Source: Pristiophorus japonicus (Eukaryota). Taken from it: a stretch of 64,000 nucleotides of DNA. The position numbers and the translations under genes are program-made. Under the pieces are notes generated by a model. That model was not told the origin of the DNA. It did no database searches and saw only the letters and a list, made by a program, of their open reading frames with translations. The stretch lies in the NCBI RefSeq assembly GCF_044704955.1, contig NC_091980.1:117304001-117368000 (forward strand), given 5' to 3'. The first letter of the stretch is position 1. Each line of letters starts with the position of its first letter. Below, one piece after another: positions 58,105-64,000 of this stretch.

Positions 58105-60925
58105 TGGGACAGACCCACCAAAGGTGGCAGCACAGTGGTACACAGTTGGGACGGAGTGGGCCTGGGAGTCTTCTACATTGACTCCGGATCCCATGAAGTC
58201 TTATGGCATCAGGTCAAACATGGGCAAGGAAACTCCTGCTGATAACCACCTACCGCCCTCCCACAGCTGATGAAGCAGTACTCCTCCATGATGAACACTA
58301 CTTGGAAAAAGCACTGAAGGTAGCAAAGGCGTAGAATGTACTCTGGGTGGGGGATTTCAAAGTACACCACCAAGAGTGGCCCGGTAGCATCATCACTGAT
58401 CGAGCCGGCCGAGTCCATAAGGACATAGCTGCCAGACTGGGCCTATAGCAGGTGGTGAGAGAACCAACACGAGGGAAAAACCAACTTGACCTCATCCTTA
58501 CCAATCTACATGTCCCAGATGCATCTGTCCATGACAGTATTGGTAGAAGTGATCACTGCACAGTCCTTGTGGAGACAAAGTCTTGTCTTCACACTGAGGA
58601 TACCCTCCATCATGTTGTGTGGCACTACCACGTGCTAAATGGGATAGATTCAGAACAGATATAACAGCTCAAAACTGGGCATTCATGAGGCACTGTGGGC
58701 CATCAGTAGCAGCAGAATTTTATTCCATCACAATCTATAACCTCTGACACAGCTAATCCCTCACTTTACCATTAACATTAAGCCAGGTGACCAACCCTGG
58801 CTCAATGAGAAGTGTAGAAGAGCATGCCAGGAGCAGCACCAGTATCAATAAGGGAATTAAGGGTTATGGGGAGCGGGCGGGTAAGTGGAGCTGAGTCCAC
58901 GGCCAGATCAGCCATGATCTTGTTGAATGGCGGAGCAGGCTTGAGGGGCTAGATGGCCTACTCCTGTTCCTAATTCTTATGTTCTTATGTTCTTATGTTC
59001 TTATGTACCAGGGGCCAACTTGGGGAAGTTGCAACACAGGACTACATGCATGTTAAACAACGGAAGCAGCATGCTATAGACAGAGCTAACCGATCACATA
59101 ACCAACGGATCAGATCAAAGCTCTGCAGTCCTGCCACATCCAGACATGAATAGTGGCGGACGATTAAACAACTGATGGGAGGAGGAGGCTCTATGAACTT
59201 TTCCGTCCTCAACAATGACGGAGCCCAGCATGTGAGAGCAAAAGTCATATCTGAAGTATTTGCAACAATCTTCAGCCAGAAGTGCCAAGTGGATGATCTA
59301 TATCGGCCTCCTCCTGAGGTTCCCAGCATAATAGAAGCCAGTCATGAGCCAATTCGATTTACTCCATGTGATATCAAGAAACGGCTGAGTGCACTGAATA
59401 GACTAAATGCTATGGACTCGGACAACATCCCAGCTGTCGTGCTGAAGACTTGTGCTCCAGAACTAACTGCGCCTCTAGCCAAGCTGTTGCAGTACAGCTA
59501 CAACACTGGCATCTACCCAACAGTGTGAAAAACTGCCCAGGTATGTCCTGTTCACAAAGAAAACATGACAAATCCAATCCGATCAATCACCACTCCATCA
59601 GTCTACTCTCAATCATCAGTAAAGTGATGGAGGTGTTGTCGACAGTGCTATCAAGCAGCATTTACTCACCAATAACCTGATCAATGATGCTCAGTTTGGT
59701 TCCGCCAGGATCACACAGTTCCAGACCTCATTACAGCCTTGGTCCAAACATGGACAAAAGAGCTGACTTCCAGAAGAGTGACTTCCCTTGACATCAAGGC
59801 AGCATTTGACTGAGTGTGGCATCAAGGAGCCCTCGTAAAACTGAAGTCAATGGGAATTACGGGAAAAACTCTCCACTGACTGGAGTCATACCTAGCACAA
59901 AGAAAGATGGCTGGGGTTGTTGGAGGACAATTATCTCAACCCCAGAACATCGCAGCAGGAGTGCCTCAGAGCAGTGTCCTAGGCCCAACCATCTTCAGCT
60001 GTTTCTTCAATGACCTTCCCCCCATCATGTCAGAAATGGGGATGTTCGCTGGTGACTGCACAGTGTTCAGTTCCATTCGCAACACCTCAGATAATGGTAA
60101 GCAGTCAGTGCCCACATGCAACAAGACCCGGACGACTTTCAGGTTTGGGCTGATAAGTGGCAAGTAACATTCGCCTGACAAAAGTGCCAGGCAATGACTA
60201 ACTGCAACAGGAGAGCTTCTAACCACCGCCCCTTGACATTCAATGGCATTACCATTGCCGAATCTCCCAAAATCAACATGGGGTCACCATTGAGCAGAAA
60301 GTTAACTGGACCAGCCACATAAATACTGTGGCTACAAGAGCAGGTCAGGGGCTCTGTATTCTGTGGTGAATGTCTTACCTTCAGACAAGGCACAAGTTAG
60401 GAGTGTGATGGAATACTCTCCACTTGCCTGGATGAGTGCAGCTCCAACAGCACTCAAGAAGCTCTACACCATCCAGGACAAAGCAGCATGCTTGATTGGC
60501 ACCCCATCCACCACCTTCAACATTCACTCCCTCCACCACTGGCGCGCTGTGGCTGCAGTGTGTACCATCTACAAGATGCGCTGCAGCAACACGCCAAGGC
60601 TTCTTTGGCAGTACCTCCCAAACCCGCAACCTCTACCACCTAGAAAGACAAGGGCAGCAAGCGCATGGGAACAAGATCACCTCCAAGATCCCCTTCAAGT
60701 CGCACACCATCCTGACTTGGAAATATATCGCTGTTCCTTCATTGTCGCTGGATCAAAATCCTGGAACTGCCTCCCTAACAGCACTGCGGGAGGACCTTCA
60801 CCATACGGATTGCAGCGGTTCAAGAAGGCGGCTCACCACCACCTTCTCAAGGGCAATTAGGGATGGTCAATAAAGGCAAGCCTTGCCAGCATCACCCAAA
60901 TCCCAGGAACGAATTTAAAAAAATG
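58105..60925 (+). mobile_element. CR1/L2-group LINE (second family), degenerate EN-RT
   Basis: EPTRGKNQLDLILTN, GRSDH, GVPQSSVLGP, KAQVRSVMEYSPLAW; family 3' end. Confidence 0.88.
58843..59006 (+). mobile_element. Short CR1 3'-end insertion
   Basis: aagggttatgggg...gatcagccatgatc...(TTCTTATG)n tail; the host LINE resumes after it. Confidence 0.85.
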
Positions 60926-61589
60926 TCTCCTCATAACTATCTCGTCCTTGAGTCTTTTCAAAAATCTCTGGACTTTCCTTTACGGAATAAAGAACTTGCA
61001 TTTATATTACATTGGTATCTCGGTGGACGATCTACATGCTCAGGTCCCATCTTCCATCCTCTGTCTGCATTAAACAGGATGCGCAACAGTTGGGCGCCCT
61101 AACTTACCACAGTGCCCTTGGGTGAGGGAAGGGAAGAAGAATTAGCCAGCAGCACTACTATAGATTACTATCAAAAGATAACAATTGGGCTTAGCTGTGA
61201 CCCTGTACCTCCCCCACCCTCCCTCCCATGGTCAAACAGTCTGCTGACACTCACTGTCTAGACTCGCAGATGACAATTGGATAAGGTATTGGAGGACTGC
61301 CAGTGCCCATGGAAATGGGGCCCAGTGAGCCTCGCCAACATGACTGAGAAGGAAGGGAAGTAAAGGAGAGAAAACTGACAATCTGCGATTTACCGCGGTT
61401 CAATTTCTTCCTGCAGACAAACCTGTTGAAGTAAAGATGAGCCGAGCCGGGGTAAGCTTTAGTTGCATTGCCAAAGCCAATCTTCTGGCACAAGTTACAT
61501 GGAACCACAAGGGCAGTGTCATGCCAGTGATCAATGGCACTTGGACCAGCAGCACCCTGACCCTGCAAACAACATTAAGCATGTGTGTT

Positions 61590-62760
61590 TCGTGTTAACC
61601 GCAGGATAAGCATGGGTTTCGGAGAAAGTACCCCTCGCCCCGATTGGGGGCGGTAAGCTTTCGGGGCCGGGATTTCTTGCGCCTGGCCCAGAAGTCCCGC
61701 CCCGATGCGGAATTGGGCCGTACGCCCCTCAAAGGAAGAAGAGCACTGTCTCCAGTGCTCTGCTTCTTTTGAGGGGGGCTCCCGGGTTGGTAGCATGAGA
61801 GCAGCCATTGTCTCAAAGCCACCAGACATGACAGCAGTAAGACGCTCCGTGGCCTATTGCCCAGAGTGCATAAGAGCATTCTGAGCTTCCAGAGCCGCGG
61901 CCATCCTCTCCAAACGTTCGTTCTCTTGTGCCTGTGCTGTAACGGCAGCTACAACATCCCCAACGAGTCACAGCATCACAGCTGGATTCGCACGGTCTCT
62001 CTGGGAGTCCACCATCGCCTGCACACTTACAATGATGGGCTCCATGGAGTTCGCAGAACTGTCGACAATGCAGGAGGTGGACTCCTCCACACTCCTGACC
62101 ACTTCCGACAGCCTCTCCGACACCCTTGCCACTGCCCCAACATCTGGGAATGCATGGCCTCCACCCTTCTTTCATAAACCACAACATCGATGGGCCCGTC
62201 TGAGTCTTCTTCAGCAGAACTCCTGTGCGCACTCGCGCCCCCAGAGAGATGGCACCCAAGGTTCCCTTTGCCCGTCACCATGCTGCAGCCCACTAGGCCC
62301 CAGTGCAACACCCAGTACAGACCCCTCTGCTTTGTCTAATAGGTCTGATCGCGTACTCCCAGTGTCTGAGCTGGCGCATGTGACGGTAGGAAGCAGTGAC
62401 ACGGTGTTGCTAGCAGTTTTGCCCTCTTCCTCCACCTCATCTGACAGGGTACCAACAGATAGAATGGGCTCCAGGGTGTCATCCAGGCTCGCGCCCCCAA
62501 TGCCCTCCAGGGTGTCGGGATGACCATGGCTGTCATTGTCCTCTTGGCAGTCCTCCAGGTTTTGCCTCTCATTATCCACATCAGCCTCTCCCTGGCCTCG
62601 GCTGCCACAGCCCTCAAGGCTGTTGTCCTGCCTTGCCCTCCCACTTGCACCAGCGCTAGTACCCTCGCCTTGGCTCTCACTTGGCCTGTCGTCTGCAAGC
62701 ATAAATGGCACAAGGGCTGCCATGAGGTGGAGGTCGGGAATTGACACATGAAGGCTGCAA
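61590..62760 (-). mobile_element. Probable Harbinger fragment (last exon of the Myb-type ORF plus GC-rich subterminus)
   Basis: Acceptor atgcttgcag near 62695, acidic/low-complexity coding similar in style to 20137-20877, GC-rich end. Confidence 0.45.
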
Positions 62761-62769
62761 CTTGCACAC

Positions 62770-63080
62770 TTTCAGGGTCTTGTAAACAGCAATGTGGTAA
62801 TAACCAAATACTCTGCTTTACTGATGTTGGTTGAGGGATAAATATCGCACAGAATACCGGGGCAAACTCCCCTTCCATGGGATCTTTTACGTCCACTTGA
62901 GAGGGCAGATGGGGCCTTAAATTATTGTTTATTGGAAGACGGCACCTCTGACAGTGCAACACTCTCTCAGTACTGTACTGGGGTGTCAACCTGGATTATG
63001 TGCTCAAATCCCTGGAGTGGGACTTGAACCCACGACCTTCTGTCAGAGACAAGAGAGCTACACAGCGAGCCTCGGCTGAC
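62770..63080 (-). mobile_element. Deu-domain SINE including its tRNA-like 5' part
   Basis: SINE core plus B-box-like GGTTCAAGTCC on the minus strand. Confidence 0.85.
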
Positions 63081-63164
63081 AGGGTCATCCTGTTTTTTTT
63101 AAGGAGAAAAGCCAGAATGTGATTCGCAACAAGTCCTCCACAATGCAGTGCAGGACCCACAAGA

Positions 63165-63262
63165 AAGAAAGACTTGCATTTATATAGTGCCTTTCGCGAC
63201 CACCGGACATCCCAGAGCGCTTTACAGCTAATGAAGTACATTTGGAATGCAGTCACTGTTGT
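63165..63262 (-). mobile_element. SINE 3' tail fragment
   Basis: gacttgcatttatatagtgcctttc tail. Confidence 0.7.
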
Positions 63263-63809
63263 AGGTTTGTGAAGGTGTCGTTAAATTAGGTACACATTCC
63301 TCCCGATAATTTAGTTGGCTTCTTGGAAAGAATTATTTGGAGAGGGGCTAAACTGTGAATCAGCTGCATGCTTGGTATGGAAGTGGTCATGTATAGCTCA
63401 CTGCCGTTTCACCTGCGGCCCTCAGTAGTCTTACTGCTTCATCTGTGCCTTGCCTTCCACTCACCTTCATAGTGCGACTAGAGCTAGCATATTTGTACTG
63501 TTTCCTTTCCTCCTGTTGCTGTCCAACAGCCCGCCTAAGGACCACGAATAGAAAGTTATCCCTGTACCCCAAGTGTGTCCATTCCTCTTGTGCTCAATTT
63601 ACAACATGGCCACCGAGAACATGTGCCCATTCCCTCGTCACATTTACAACCCATTGACTTTTATTTTGGACCCGCAGTAGTTAGGGGCAAAATTAACAAC
63701 TGTCAGCTTTGGGCTCATTCATTTCCATGATTTTGTTCAATTTACACCTCTCCTGGTTATGGAAAATTGGGCCATTAATGTTTGATATTAATGCCATTCA
63801 ATCACCAAC

Positions 63810-64000
63810 AAACTTGCATTTATATTGTGCCTTTCATGTCCTCGGAATTTGAAAAGCACTTTGTAGCCAACTAATTACTTTTACGTGTAGACACTGTTGT
63901 AATGTAGGGAAACGTAGTAACTCATTTGTACGCAGCAAGGTACCTAAAACAGCAGTGAGATAAGTGAGCATATAATCTGTTTTTGGTGATGTTGATTGAG
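63810..64000 (-). mobile_element. Deu-domain SINE 3' part (runs off the window)
   Basis: acttgcatttatattgtgcctttcatg tail and family body. Confidence 0.75.

Overview
This is eukaryotic, transposon-dense vertebrate DNA. The repeat families (CR1 LINEs with octamer tails, Deu-domain SacSINE1-like SINEs, Harbinger elements) and the histone H1 fragment point to a cartilaginous fish, probably a shark (inference). The only host gene I can support is the 3' end of a single-pass membrane receptor: three phase-compatible exons at 2095-4379 encoding a TM helix and a tyrosine/ITIM-like tail. The rest is nested mobile DNA: many CR1 copies, a second CR1/L2-group LINE, L2, RTE, SINEs, PIF/Harbinger elements and MITEs, a decayed full-length Gypsy element (10764-15189) and three solo LTRs with TSDs. 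Two elements stand out. (i) A class III (ERV-L/ERV-S-like) endogenous retrovirus (40507-46665) has an in-frame gag-TAG-pro junction and an env collapsed to an open 113-aa signal-peptide+TM mini-ORF. (ii) A young non-autonomous gag-protease-only Gypsy element (51672-55073) has pol replaced by foreign sequence, including a recognisable internally deleted histone H1 coding fragment. All family assignments come from motif recognition, not database searches.
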